From: Methanoregula sp.
GTDB lineage: Archaea; Halobacteriota; Methanomicrobia; Methanomicrobiales; Methanospirillaceae
Assembly (NCBI GenBank): GCA_039698055.1
Contig: JBDKTL010000027.1
Span: 80,672 to 144,671, forward strand
Length of the DNA: 64,000 bases
Direction of reading: 5' to 3'
Below are positions 18,602-28,236 of this stretch, piece by piece. Every line of letters begins with the position of its first letter. Within the stretch, counting starts at the first letter, position 1. The notes below the pieces were generated by a model. It saw nothing but the letters and a program-made list of their open reading frames with translations, did no database searches and was not told the DNA's origin. The translations under genes were made by a program, and so were the position numbers.

Positions 18602-20698
18602 ATGTCTCACACCCTGCTCTCTGAATCCGAAGGGTACGAACTGCTGAAAACCTATGGTATACCCGTACCCCGGTACGAGGTAACAAGGAGTGCCAATGAA
18701 GCAGCCCGTGCCGCACAGGAAATCGGATTTCCGGTGGTCATGAAAATAATTTCCCCACAGGTGATCCACAAGAGCGATGCCGGGGGCGTTGTCACGGGAA
18801 TTTCTACGCCGGAGGATGCAGGGCGGGCGTTTGACACGATAACCAAAAATGTCCGGGCTTCCAATCCTGCCGCAGAGATCGCCGGGGTGATGGTCGAACA
18901 ACAACTTCCTTTGGGGCTCGAACTGATCATCGGGGGAAAGACCGACGCTGCGTTTGGCAAGGTCATCACGATTGGCATGGGCGGAACTCTTGTCGAGCTC
19001 TTAAATGATGTGTCCATCGCGGTACTTCCCATCAGCGATGACGAGATACGCCGTATGATCCGCCATCTCAGGAGCTATCGCCTGGTCGCCGGGTACCGTC
19101 AGCAGCCGGCACGTGATGAAGGGGCGCTGGTTGCGACGATTCACGCCGCCCTTGCACTCTTTCTGGAGCATCATGAGATCGAAGAATTCGATATCAACCC
19201 GTTTGTCCTGTACGAAAAGGGTGGTTGCGCCGTTGATGCCCGGTTTTACCGGAACGAATCAGCCGGCACCGTGATCACCGCCACACTGGCGGTACCGCTC
19301 ATGCCTGCATCCCTGCTGAAGATAAATTCTGTTGCGATCGTTGGCGCTTCGCAGGACCCAAATAAAGTCGGCTATGCGATCTGCCGCAACATGCTTGGAT
19401 TTCCGGGGAAGCTCTACCCGGTCAACCCGAAGAGTGCGATGATTCTTGGGAAACCGGCATACCCGACACTTGCGAGCATCCCGGGAGATGTCGATGCCGT
19501 TGTCATCGCAATCCCGGCACCGGGCGTTCCAAAAGTCGTGCAGGAAGCCGGGGAAAAAGGTATTCCCCTTGCGATTATCATCTCATCCGGGTTCCGCGAA
19601 AGCGGAGCGGAGGGAAAATCCCTTGAGGATGCAATCCTTACTCTGGCAAAAAAATACCCTGTGCGGATCATGGGCCCCAACTGCCTCGGTCTCATGCTCC
19701 CGTCGCAGGGCATCAACACCACGTTTGACCCGGTCTCGCCAAAACCCGGCAAGATCGCGTTCATCTCCCAGAGCGGGGCAATCATCACAACCATCGTGGA
19801 CTGGAGCCTGCCGGAGGGTATCGGTTTTTCTGCGGTCATATCGGTTGGCAACCAGGCCGATCTCATGTTTGAGGATTTTATCGGGTTTGTTGGTGATGAC
19901 CCGGATACAAAAGCAATCATTCTCTATATCGAACAGGTCCGGGACGGGCCACGGTTTATGGATATTGTCACCCGGATCACCGGTAAAAAACCTGTCATCG
20001 CGATAAAATCCGGTTCATCGAAGATCGGGCAGAAAGCCGCATCCTCCCATACCGGATCGCTTGCCGGCAGTTTTGCCGTGTACCAGGCAGCGTTCCGCCA
20101 GTCCGGGGTTATACCCGTGCGGTCAATCCGCGAAGCGTTCCAGGCTGCAGAACTGCTCGCGTCCGAAGGCTATCCTCACGGGGTCAGGGCCGTCGTTATT
20201 TCCAATGCCGGGGGATTTGCCGTGCTCTCATCTGATTATGCCGAGCGTTTCGGGATCGACCTGGTGACATTCCCTTCGGATCTTATCCGCGAACTGGATG
20301 CGGTGCTCCCCAAAGACTGGAGCCGGGAGAACCCGATTGACATGGTGGGCGATTCAAGCGTGGACCGGTACGCAAAGACCTTTGACGTGATGATCGGGCA
20401 CCAGGATCTCTGGGACATTGCGTTTGTCATTGCGGTTCCGTCAGCAATTTCAGATCCGATCCGGGTCGCAAATGAACTGGTCAGGTTCTCCCGGCACACG
20501 CACAAGATGATTGTCGGCTGCATGATTGGCGGCGATTCCATGAAAACTCCGCTCCGCATCCTGCGGGACGCAGGGATTCCCAATTTCCCGGATATGGAAG
20601 ATGCATTCCGTGCTGTCGGCAACATCTGCTCCTTTACGTGTCATAATGGTACCGGCCACGGGCATTGTACTGGCAATCCCGCCAACCGGGAAGAATAA
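18602..20698 (+). CDS. Acetate/acyl-CoA ligase (ADP-forming), fused beta-alpha domain order
   Basis: N-terminal ATP-grasp (IGFPVVMKI, HKSDAGGV, FDINP), CoA-binding (VAIVGAS, YPVNPK, GPNCLG), phospho-His SHTGSLAG, NPIDM. Confidence 0.92.
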   Translation: MSHTLLSESEGYELLKTYGIPVPRYEVTRSANEAARAAQEIGFPVVMKIISPQVIHKSDAGGVVTGISTPEDAGRAFDTITKNVRASNPAAEIAGVMVEQQLPLGLELIIGGKTDAAFGKVITIGMGGTLVELLNDVSIAVLPISDDEIRRMIRHLRSYRLVAGYRQQPARDEGALVATIHAALALFLEHHEIEEFDINPFVLYEKGGCAVDARFYRNESAGTVITATLAVPLMPASLLKINSVAIVGASQDPNKVGYAICRNMLGFPGKLYPVNPKSAMILGKPAYPTLASIPGDVDAVVIAIPAPGVPKVVQEAGEKGIPLAIIISSGFRESGAEGKSLEDAILTLAKKYPVRIMGPNCLGLMLPSQGINTTFDPVSPKPGKIAFISQSGAIITTIVDWSLPEGIGFSAVISVGNQADLMFEDFIGFVGDDPDTKAIILYIEQVRDGPRFMDIVTRITGKKPVIAIKSGSSKIGQKAASSHTGSLAGSFAVYQAAFRQSGVIPVRSIREAFQAAELLASEGYPHGVRAVVISNAGGFAVLSSDYAERFGIDLVTFPSDLIRELDAVLPKDWSRENPIDMVGDSSVDRYAKTFDVMIGHQDLWDIAFVIAVPSAISDPIRVANELVRFSRHTHKMIVGCMIGGDSMKTPLRILRDAGIPNFPDMEDAFRAVGNICSFTCHNGTGHGHCTGNPANREE

Positions 20699-20737
20699 TG
20701 CTCCCATTGAAATCCGGGATACCCTAAGAAAAAAATT

Positions 20738-22417
20738 TTAGAGCGAGATCTTCTTTAATATCCCGCCGTTCTTGAAGATCGTGATCCCGCCGCCGCTCTG
20801 GGAAACGACAATTCCCACGGCACGGGTCTCCTTTGTCATCGCCGCTACCGAGTTGTGCCGGGTGCCCATGCCTTTTGGCAGCGCAACGCCGCTCGTATCC
20901 ACCGTAATATACCGTCCTGCCGCCTGGATATACCCGTCACCGGAGATCACAAAAGCGCCGTCCATCTGGGCAAACTCCTTGATGCTCTCTTTGATATCCG
21001 GATTGGTGACCAGCCGGGATTCTGGCTTGTGCCCTTCATACGGGTTTAAATTGATCTGCCGGGATTTTTCAAGCACATTCCTGATATCACCGATAATAAA
21101 CGTCGTGCCGACCGATTTTCCTTCCCGGCCCTCAATTGAGATCTCGGTGCAGATATGGAAAATGGCATCGAACACATCCTCGCGGATATCGGTTTCCGTC
21201 ACCACCATCTCTTTCCATGTATCGGTGCTGATCCGCACCTGCCCGCTCTGCCGGCGGTCCGTAATGTCGTGGCCGATACAGAGGACTTCGATAACATGGC
21301 CCTCCTCGTCCCGGATTGCCTTGTTGATCCAGGCGATCCAGACACGGTCGCCGTTTCTCCGGATATTCTCGCTGACATTGACCGCCGAACCTTCGGCATT
21401 GAACCCGGCGTCGTTAGCCATCATCGAGAGATCGTGGCTGCCCCGGTTCTTTTCCGGGACAATCGTGCCCACGACATTTTTCCCGATCACGGCTTCCTGC
21501 GGGTAATCAAAGAACGTCAGGGCAAATGAGTTGAAGAATGTGATCGTGCCCTGCATGTCCATGCGGATGATGATACTCTGGGAATTCTGCATCATCTCAC
21601 GGTATTTTGCCTCGCTTGCCTTGACCGCATCTTTTAACTTCTTCTTATCGGAAACGTCGGTCACGACAATCGTGCCACCCTTTCGTGCATCGAGGGGATC
21701 GGCAAACTGCGACTGGAGGGCGCAGGTCACGCTGCCGCCGCCAAGATGGAGAAGGTCGCATTCCGCATGACCGATACCCTGTGCGTCCCGGTGGATTTGA
21801 AGATCCCGTGCGGCCTGCTCGTACTCTTCAGGAGTCTTGAAGAGGATCTGGACGGGTTTACCCACAAGGTGTATCTCGGGATACCCGAGCAGCGCCGCAA
21901 GAGGCCGGTTCACCCATTCGATCGTATCGTTGCGCATCTGGAAGATCCCAAGCGGTGTTGCCGACAGGATGGTGGTGAGCTGATCGTTTTGTAGTTTTAT
22001 GTCGCGCTCTGATTTCCGGCGCAGAGTGGTCTGCTTGAGCAGGGTGACCAGTTCGGCGATGGAGGAGCGGATATCGACCGTGCGGGAGACCGTGATCGCG
22101 ATCCCGTTACTGACTTCTGACAGCCCGAAGTTGTTTGCCCCGGTATGGCTGTACAGGATCACCGGTGTAGCATTCCCTATCGAGCGGAGATATTTCAAAA
22201 AACCAATTCCGTCCATATCGGACATGAACTCGATCCCGTTTACTGCCGGCACCAGTTCATAGGAAATAACAACATCATATGCCCGGGTTTTCAGTTTTTC
22301 AACTGCCTGTTTTGTGGACTGGGCAACATCGAGCCGGACTTCACCGGTTTTTTCAAGGGCAGGCCGGATCTGCACCAGAAAATCAGTTGTATCATCCACA
22401 AATAAAACGGTAATCAT
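20738..22417 (-). CDS. REC-PAS-PAS-DisA_N (diadenylate cyclase) signalling protein
   Basis: N-terminal receiver (VLFVDD, DGIGFLKYLR, TPVILYS); two PAS domains ending VTDVS and GHDITDRR; C-terminal DAC with EGREGKSVGT, KEFAQMDGAFVI, GMGTRH, VSQSGG. Confidence 0.88.
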   Translation of the reverse strand: MITVLFVDDTTDFLVQIRPALEKTGEVRLDVAQSTKQAVEKLKTRAYDVVISYELVPAVNGIEFMSDMDGIGFLKYLRSIGNATPVILYSHTGANNFGLSEVSNGIAITVSRTVDIRSSIAELVTLLKQTTLRRKSERDIKLQNDQLTTILSATPLGIFQMRNDTIEWVNRPLAALLGYPEIHLVGKPVQILFKTPEEYEQAARDLQIHRDAQGIGHAECDLLHLGGGSVTCALQSQFADPLDARKGGTIVVTDVSDKKKLKDAVKASEAKYREMMQNSQSIIIRMDMQGTITFFNSFALTFFDYPQEAVIGKNVVGTIVPEKNRGSHDLSMMANDAGFNAEGSAVNVSENIRRNGDRVWIAWINKAIRDEEGHVIEVLCIGHDITDRRQSGQVRISTDTWKEMVVTETDIREDVFDAIFHICTEISIEGREGKSVGTTFIIGDIRNVLEKSRQINLNPYEGHKPESRLVTNPDIKESIKEFAQMDGAFVISGDGYIQAAGRYITVDTSGVALPKGMGTRHNSVAAMTKETRAVGIVVSQSGGGITIFKNGGILKKISL

Positions 22418-22600
22418 GTACGTATCGCCATAAAATGTGCGCCGCTCATTCTTCGCATATGAGGTGGAGATTGTGCAAATAAATAGTTGTTGCGGGGAAA
22501 GGATCAGCGGTAACAGGAAAATAAATGGCCCATTTAAGGAATATATAGTCCTGCGTCCCGGCCGTGAAAAAAAAGTTCTGTGTCCTGTTATCGGGCGAAG

Positions 22601-23122
22601 TTAGTCTTCCGCAGGTGCAGGATCTGCGTCGTCTTCTGCCTCTTCATCCCCGGTTCCGGCATAATCTCCATGGTAGATCCACCACCCGGCAATGAGGATC
22701 AGGGGGATGCCGACCGGGACAGAAAACCCGTGCAGGTTGTTGAGCAACATCCCGTACTGCACCAGAAGGGAGATGCCGAACAGGATTCCGGCGGCAATGA
22801 TGCAGAGCGCACCATGGTTCATGTTCTGCGGGTTTTTTTCTGCATATGCCAGAAGCGTAATGATGAAGGCTGCCATGAGAAGAACCGAACCGGCGATCCA
22901 CACGATATAAGAAATCGCGGTTGTCCCGGTCAGGATACCTTTGGAAACATAACCCACGTCCCGGGTGATAAGGATGAAACTGTTGCCAAGGTAACTCTGC
23001 TGGTACCGGAACAGTGCCCATTGCAGGCCCGTTGCGAGCCCGTCGCCGATGACATAGATATTGAGGGGAATACAAAAGATCAGGGCCTGGAGAACCAGCG
23101 GAAGTCTGAGGTTTGAGGTCAT
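22601..23122 (-). CDS. Hypothetical membrane protein with acidic C-terminal tail
   Basis: Four hydrophobic segments; fills the gap between co-oriented genes. Confidence 0.7.
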   Translation of the reverse strand: MTSNLRLPLVLQALIFCIPLNIYVIGDGLATGLQWALFRYQQSYLGNSFILITRDVGYVSKGILTGTTAISYIVWIAGSVLLMAAFIITLLAYAEKNPQNMNHGALCIIAAGILFGISLLVQYGMLLNNLHGFSVPVGIPLILIAGWWIYHGDYAGTGDEEAEDDADPAPAED

Positions 23123-23200
23123 GTGCGTATTCTGGTATTGGGAGGGATACGTATTATAATTAAACGAAATTGCCCCGGAATACTACGAAAAAAGGAGAAA

Positions 23201-23557
23201 TTATTCTTCGGTATGCTCAACGATCGCGAGCTGGTACATCCAGTCCATCAGCGGGTGGCACTGGTCGACGATACATTCGAGCTCGCAGGCAACACACGGG
23301 ATGAGTTCGTCACCGGCAATCAGGTCTGCGGGGTTTACCGGCATCTGCTTGCAGCGGAGAAGGAATGTTTTAATTCCGTCTTTTTTGTATTCGACCCGCT
23401 CGATGAGTCCGCTCTCTTCGAGTTTTTTTACGATCCTCGAACATTTCCGGCTGTCAACATTTAAGAGTTTCCAGAGTTCGCTCTGGAGTACCCCTTCCGG
23501 CGTTGACCGGATCAGGTTTAATGCTTCATCATCCACTGGGTCAGTCATCAGTTCCAC
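23201..23557 (-). CDS. Winged-helix protein with C-terminal 4-Cys cluster; TFE-beta / RPC34-like (often annotated MarR/Lrp)
   Basis: GVLQSELWKLLNVDSRKCSRIVKKLEESGLIER wHTH; PCVAC...C....C..LMDW tail; follows the Sm gene. Confidence 0.78.
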   Translation of the reverse strand: MELMTDPVDDEALNLIRSTPEGVLQSELWKLLNVDSRKCSRIVKKLEESGLIERVEYKKDGIKTFLLRCKQMPVNPADLIAGDELIPCVACELECIVDQCHPLMDWMYQLAIVEHTEE

Positions 23558-23572
23558 GTCCCGGATTTCCTT

Positions 23573-23809
23573 TTAAAGAAGCGGTGCAATGGTAAGAATA
23601 TTGTTGCCCCTGATGACAACGGTACCGAGGCTCCTGCCGCGCTCATTGTTGACAAACTCAATGGTTTCGTCCATGTGAATGTTCAGATATTCGTCCACTG
23701 CAACAAGCCGCCCCTGCAGCTTGCGCCCTTCGTCTTTAATCTCTACCGATATTTTTGAATCGACAAGTGCAAACACTTTTTTTATCGGCAAAACAATTCC
23801 GTTAACCAT
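23573..23809 (-). CDS. Sm-like (LSm/SmAP) RNA-binding protein
   Basis: Sm1 LQGRLVAVDEYLNIHM and Sm2 LGTVVIRGNNI. Confidence 0.93.
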   Translation of the reverse strand: MVNGIVLPIKKVFALVDSKISVEIKDEGRKLQGRLVAVDEYLNIHMDETIEFVNNERGRSLGTVVIRGNNILTIAPLL

Positions 23810-23975
23810 CTGTCCTAATTTGGGGTCTGCGATAATTAAAGTTTGCTCAAAGAAAAATTGCAGGAAAAATGAATCCTAATAGGAAGGAAGTTCATGAAAG
23901 AAAGTGGACCCTTGCACATATCTGCTTTGTTAAAATTCTCTTTTTCCCGTCATTTTCTTATTCTCTCTAACAATA

Positions 23976-24047
23976 AGGAGGGTGACCCCCTCTCTCCCCC
24001 AGAGGGGGGAGGCACCCCAAGGGGAGGATCCCCTTGACCCCCCTCCT
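23976..24047. repeat. GC-rich branched stem-loop element (REP/MITE-like or bidirectional RNA structure)
   Basis: Outer AGGAGGG/CCCTCCT enclosing CTCCCCC-AGAG-GGGGGAG and CAAGGGGA-GGA-TCCCCTTG hairpins. Confidence 0.6.
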
Positions 24048-24266
24048 GATTTGTTCATTTTTTTCATTAACCTTATGATGTTTCTTTAAACTATTGAGGA
24101 ATGTCCAAACAGCGGGAAGGGAAACACGATATACAAATAATCCCTATGAGCAACAGCATGTTTCTTTTTTTTTAAAGTTCGACATATCGTATTCATACCA
24201 ACGTCATAACCATGTAATGTCATATCAACACGGGACAATTTCCCTTTCGTTAAAAACGTGAAAAAA

Positions 24267-25364
24267 TTATTCCGGAATGGGTTCCCACCGCTTCGCCAGC
24301 ATTTTTTCCACTGAGGGAAGCGTGGTATATTCCATCTCGCCCAGTGACAACCGGTGCGGCTCGAATGGCCCCTGTGCCCGAATGACATCGGCAAGCTCGT
24401 TGCACCGCATCCGGACACGGTCAAACCCGGGATCGTCGAACATGTCGGCAGGCCCAACCAGTTCCCCGTCCGATACCTGGAACCCGAAGCAGATGACCCG
24501 GGGCGGACCGTCAAACCGGGTACAGTTTGCATCGCAGAGCCCCACCGGCATGAACGGGCCATGGTGGGAGCCCCGCATCCATCCGGCAACCAGTACCGGG
24601 ATTGTAAAGGGTTCGATCACTTCACCCATGGACGGGAACCCGCTCTGGGCGCGGACGATCATGACCGGATCGTCTTTTCCGACATACCGGCCTGCCATCA
24701 GGTTCAGTCTCTGGGTACTGGTGGATGCCGCGATAGTCCCGTCCCTTTTGAACACGTGCTTGATGACGTACCGTGACGGTGCCCCGATGTAGGCGAGCAT
24801 GCTGTAGCACTCTCCAGGGCAGGTGAACATGATGCGGCGCTTCCCGATGAGATCGTGCACCTCAAAGACAAACCCGTCATGCAGGGACGGGTCGATCACC
24901 AGTCCCGGCGTATTGAACGGATCGGCAAAGATCTTGTACAAGTAGAAGTTCCATGCGCCGGGCTCGGTTTTGTCTGCCATAAACACCATGAGGGGGTCCG
25001 AACCGCGCTCCTCGTACTCCATCTCGGCAACTCCGGGACCCATGCCTTTGACATTACCGGAGAAGGCATTCCCCAGCATATCCTGGCCGGCGCCATACAA
25101 CTTCAGGCTTTTTGCAACTTTTGTGCATTCCATGAACACGTCCCATGCGAGCTTATGGATCTTTTCATGGTCGACGCCATGCCGGTGGGTCATGATAAGT
25201 TCGAGGTCATCGCCACAGTGCGTGACAAACGAATCGATAAGCAGTTTTCCCTCTTCTTCCCTGAGCATCTTTGCCGCCTTTTCAAGAAGCCTGGGATGGG
25301 TGCGGGAGTGTCCGGGATAACTCCCGACATCTGCTTTAATCACGGAGACGGTTATCTTTGCCAT
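24267..25364 (-). CDS. fbp: Bifunctional fructose-1,6-bisphosphate aldolase/phosphatase (FBPase class V)
   Basis: SVIKADVGS.PGH, CGDD, LYGAGQD, GNVKGMGPG, ADKTEPGAWN, FADPFNT, YVGKDDP, GWMRGSH, RFDGPPRV, MEYTTLP. Confidence 0.95.
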   Translation of the reverse strand: MAKITVSVIKADVGSYPGHSRTHPRLLEKAAKMLREEEGKLLIDSFVTHCGDDLELIMTHRHGVDHEKIHKLAWDVFMECTKVAKSLKLYGAGQDMLGNAFSGNVKGMGPGVAEMEYEERGSDPLMVFMADKTEPGAWNFYLYKIFADPFNTPGLVIDPSLHDGFVFEVHDLIGKRRIMFTCPGECYSMLAYIGAPSRYVIKHVFKRDGTIAASTSTQRLNLMAGRYVGKDDPVMIVRAQSGFPSMGEVIEPFTIPVLVAGWMRGSHHGPFMPVGLCDANCTRFDGPPRVICFGFQVSDGELVGPADMFDDPGFDRVRMRCNELADVIRAQGPFEPHRLSLGEMEYTTLPSVEKMLAKRWEPIPE

Positions 25365-25422
25365 GAAACAGTCACGTGTAGAGTATTCTGCTTTGAAAAG
25401 AAAAAAGGTGCGGTAGTTGAGA

Positions 25423-26562
25423 TTATTTCATCGAATTGCGGACAAGTGATGCTGATCCATAAGATGAAAACGCCCTGAAAAAGACCAGGCTTTCCGCATA
25501 TGCCATCGATTCGATTGCATGGGTGGTGTCCGGGCCGACTGAGTAAATCTCTTTTTTGAATTCTTTTATTGCCATCTTGCAGTTGCCGTCAAAGATCTGG
25601 CGGTCCTTTTTGCCGGGATTTAATGGCCGGTATTTTTCAAGCGTCCAGTCCTGGATGTTTTTGTAGAGTGCCGGTTCATAGATTTTGAACATGTTGAACG
25701 CGACATCCTGCCAGAACGTGCCGACGTTGCCTTTGATGATGTCCCCTTTTGGGAAATGCAGGTTGATGAGATCCCGCGGGGTGCCGGTGATCCCGTGCTG
25801 GGCGATGCCAACCTTCAGGTTATTATCCCGGAGGGCTTGTGCGATTGCTTTTGTCTGCGGGATGTCGATGGACAACTGTTCGATCACGTTCCCGTTTGCA
25901 TCGTAGGTATGTCCGTGCGTGCTCCCGTTTGCTATCGCTAAAACCTGCGGATACACATCGTTCTCATTGAGGGCTTTGATGAACTCTACTGCTTCTTCAG
26001 GTCTTGTCAGGACAAGCCCGTGACCGTCTTTTCTCCCGATCTCGCCGACTTCCACTTCAAGCCCGAACGGTTTGCCGTTCATTTTTGCGGTGATAAACCG
26101 GGCAAGTTCCGTGGTGGCTGTAATATTTGGTTCGAGTTCTTCCCGGACCGTTTTTCCTTCAAAATTGAAGAGATGCGAGGCGTCGATGGCAAACGACGTG
26201 TACCCTGCCTGCACCTGGGCATCGATCAACTGTTTTGTCTGTTCGATCTCCGCCGCATCACCGGTTTTTATCGTGATATGATCGGCATGGAGCGCCCACG
26301 TACCAAACCCAATCTCCGTTGCTGCTTCTCTCATCTTCTCCGAGAAGTCGTGAGGGGTCATACCGGTATACCCGCCCTTGAGGTCGCACTCTGACCGGGC
26401 GAGTTCCATGAATACCGCCGAGTCGGTATCTTTTGCGGCCCTGAAAATTCCCCGTGCGACCGTGGCGATGCGGACGTTGGCCGCCATCACAATAACTTTT
26501 TTCCCGGAAACGCCGTTAAGGATCGCGGATCCGGGGATTGGACCATATTCAGTTGCCATCAT
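25423..26562 (-). CDS. fba: Class II (metal-dependent) fructose-bisphosphate aldolase
   Basis: ALHADH, SFAIDASH, LEVEVGEIG, LAIANGSTHG, AQHGITG, KGNVGT; SD AAGGAG upstream. Confidence 0.88.
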   Translation of the reverse strand: MMATEYGPIPGSAILNGVSGKKVIVMAANVRIATVARGIFRAAKDTDSAVFMELARSECDLKGGYTGMTPHDFSEKMREAATEIGFGTWALHADHITIKTGDAAEIEQTKQLIDAQVQAGYTSFAIDASHLFNFEGKTVREELEPNITATTELARFITAKMNGKPFGLEVEVGEIGRKDGHGLVLTRPEEAVEFIKALNENDVYPQVLAIANGSTHGHTYDANGNVIEQLSIDIPQTKAIAQALRDNNLKVGIAQHGITGTPRDLINLHFPKGDIIKGNVGTFWQDVAFNMFKIYEPALYKNIQDWTLEKYRPLNPGKKDRQIFDGNCKMAIKEFKKEIYSVGPDTTHAIESMAYAESLVFFRAFSSYGSASLVRNSMK

Positions 26563-26577
26563 ACACAATGCTCCTTT

Positions 26578-27486
26578 TTATTCGCCTTTTGCCATAAACG
26601 TTTCAATCAGCCGGATCTCTTTTTTCCCGCCAACATAGATAGGAGTGATATCATCGATCGCCACCGGCTGGATGGTGAGGATATCGGTTCTGCCATTGCT
26701 GATTGCCCCGCCAGCTTCATGAATGATCTTTCCCATGGGATTGGCTTCATACAGTAACCGGAGTTTTCCGGTTTCCTTTCCCTTGAACCCGGGATAGGCA
26801 AATACCCCGCCCTTATGGAGGATCTGGTGCACGTCTGCAACAAAACACCCGCTGAACCGGAGTTTGTAGCCTTCCTGCTCAAGATGTCCGATCCACCGTG
26901 CATGCTCCGGGAGGTAATTTTTCTTTAAGGCACCGGGTGCGTAAATTTTTCCCTCGGGGATTTTTATATCCTGTTCCTTTAAGATAAATTCACCCGTCTC
27001 GTCGAGCACGAATTCATGGACACCTTTCCCGGTGGTCAGTGTCAGGATCGTCAGGGGCCCGTACAGGATGTACAGGGCCGCAAGAAGGTCGGCACCTTTG
27101 CTCAGGACATGGCCGGGATAGATGCCGATAATCGATCCGGTGCAGAGGTTCACATCGATGAGCGAGGAACCATCGAGAGGGTCGATAACGACCCCGAAAT
27201 TGTTTTTCGGGGAATCGACTTCGATGAGCTGGTCCTGTTCTTCTGTTGCGATGTACCGGACAAGGCGTGATTTTTTCAGTCCTGATACAAACACATCGTC
27301 TGCATACTTGTCAAGGGCCTGCTGTTCCTCGCCAAACATGTTCCGGGTCTGTTCATCGCAGGGTGTTTTCATGCAGGTCGGGAAAAACCCTTTTTTCACC
27401 AGCCGGGCCTGGGTGCTTAAAAAAAGAATAAGTTCGACCAGGTTTTTTTCTGTTCCGTTACTGACAAGGAAATCTTTGAGTATCAT
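26578..27486 (-). CDS. fbp: Class I fructose-1,6-bisphosphatase
   Basis: [52 protein letters not shown]; SD GGAGG before ATG 27486. Confidence 0.93.
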   Translation of the reverse strand: MILKDFLVSNGTEKNLVELILFLSTQARLVKKGFFPTCMKTPCDEQTRNMFGEEQQALDKYADDVFVSGLKKSRLVRYIATEEQDQLIEVDSPKNNFGVVIDPLDGSSLIDVNLCTGSIIGIYPGHVLSKGADLLAALYILYGPLTILTLTTGKGVHEFVLDETGEFILKEQDIKIPEGKIYAPGALKKNYLPEHARWIGHLEQEGYKLRFSGCFVADVHQILHKGGVFAYPGFKGKETGKLRLLYEANPMGKIIHEAGGAISNGRTDILTIQPVAIDDITPIYVGGKKEIRLIETFMAKGE

Positions 27487-27748
27487 GGTGCCGCCTCCCC
27501 CCGCTCTTTTAAGGGCGCCAGACCAGGGGTTTTTCATGCCGGATTCCCGGATTTCTGTTTAGTCTTTTGATTTTTCAGGTTTATCAGGATTATTGTCAGG
27601 TTAAAATTCCCGGGTCATACGGGCTCTGCACCAAAGCAATGAAGTTTTTTTATTACACCTTTTCGGGCAGATTCCCCGGCAATCGATCCATTCAAAATAA
27701 AAAATCTCTCCCGAAAAAAACAAAGGTCCATAAAAAAAAGAAAAAAAA

Positions 27749-28210
27749 TTATGCTGTTTTTTCCGATCCGGATCCACCTTCCGATGTCTCCAGGAGACTC
27801 CTGAAGGTCACTTCCAGTACCCCGTTTTTGAGCGTGTGCCGGATTGATGCGGGATCAACCGGGGGAAGGCCGGCAGTGGTGTGATATGTCCGGGCACTTC
27901 CGGCAGCCTCAAGGGTAAGGGTATGGTCGTTCAGCTGCATGTTCAGGTTCTCTTCAGATACACCCGGCATCTCGACGATCACTTTGACTTCATCGCCAAT
28001 CCGGTGCACCTCTGCGACCGGCTCATGGGTATCCCGGGCATGGAACTCTTCGGGTTCCGGCTCATGGCCGGCACCTGGTCCTCCCTGGATGACGATCCGG
28101 TACCCGAATCCATCCGGCTGATTCAATGACATGCCATCATCCATGCCGGCAAAGAGCCGCGCCATCAGCGCGTCCATCTCGTGGAATATATCCTGCGGGT
28201 TGTTTTTCAT
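27749..28210 (-). CDS. Hsp20/alpha-crystallin family protein
   Basis: VIVEMPGVSEE and LKNGVLEV motifs; directly downstream of cdc48. Confidence 0.85.
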   Translation of the reverse strand: MKNNPQDIFHEMDALMARLFAGMDDGMSLNQPDGFGYRIVIQGGPGAGHEPEPEEFHARDTHEPVAEVHRIGDEVKVIVEMPGVSEENLNMQLNDHTLTLEAAGSARTYHTTAGLPPVDPASIRHTLKNGVLEVTFRSLLETSEGGSGSEKTA

Positions 28211-28236
28211 GATTCATTCCTCCTTTTTGCTGGTGT

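Noticed and set aside
27574-27601. Three TCAGG direct repeats upstream of the FBPase operon
   Set aside because: Short, irregularly spaced and compatible with chance
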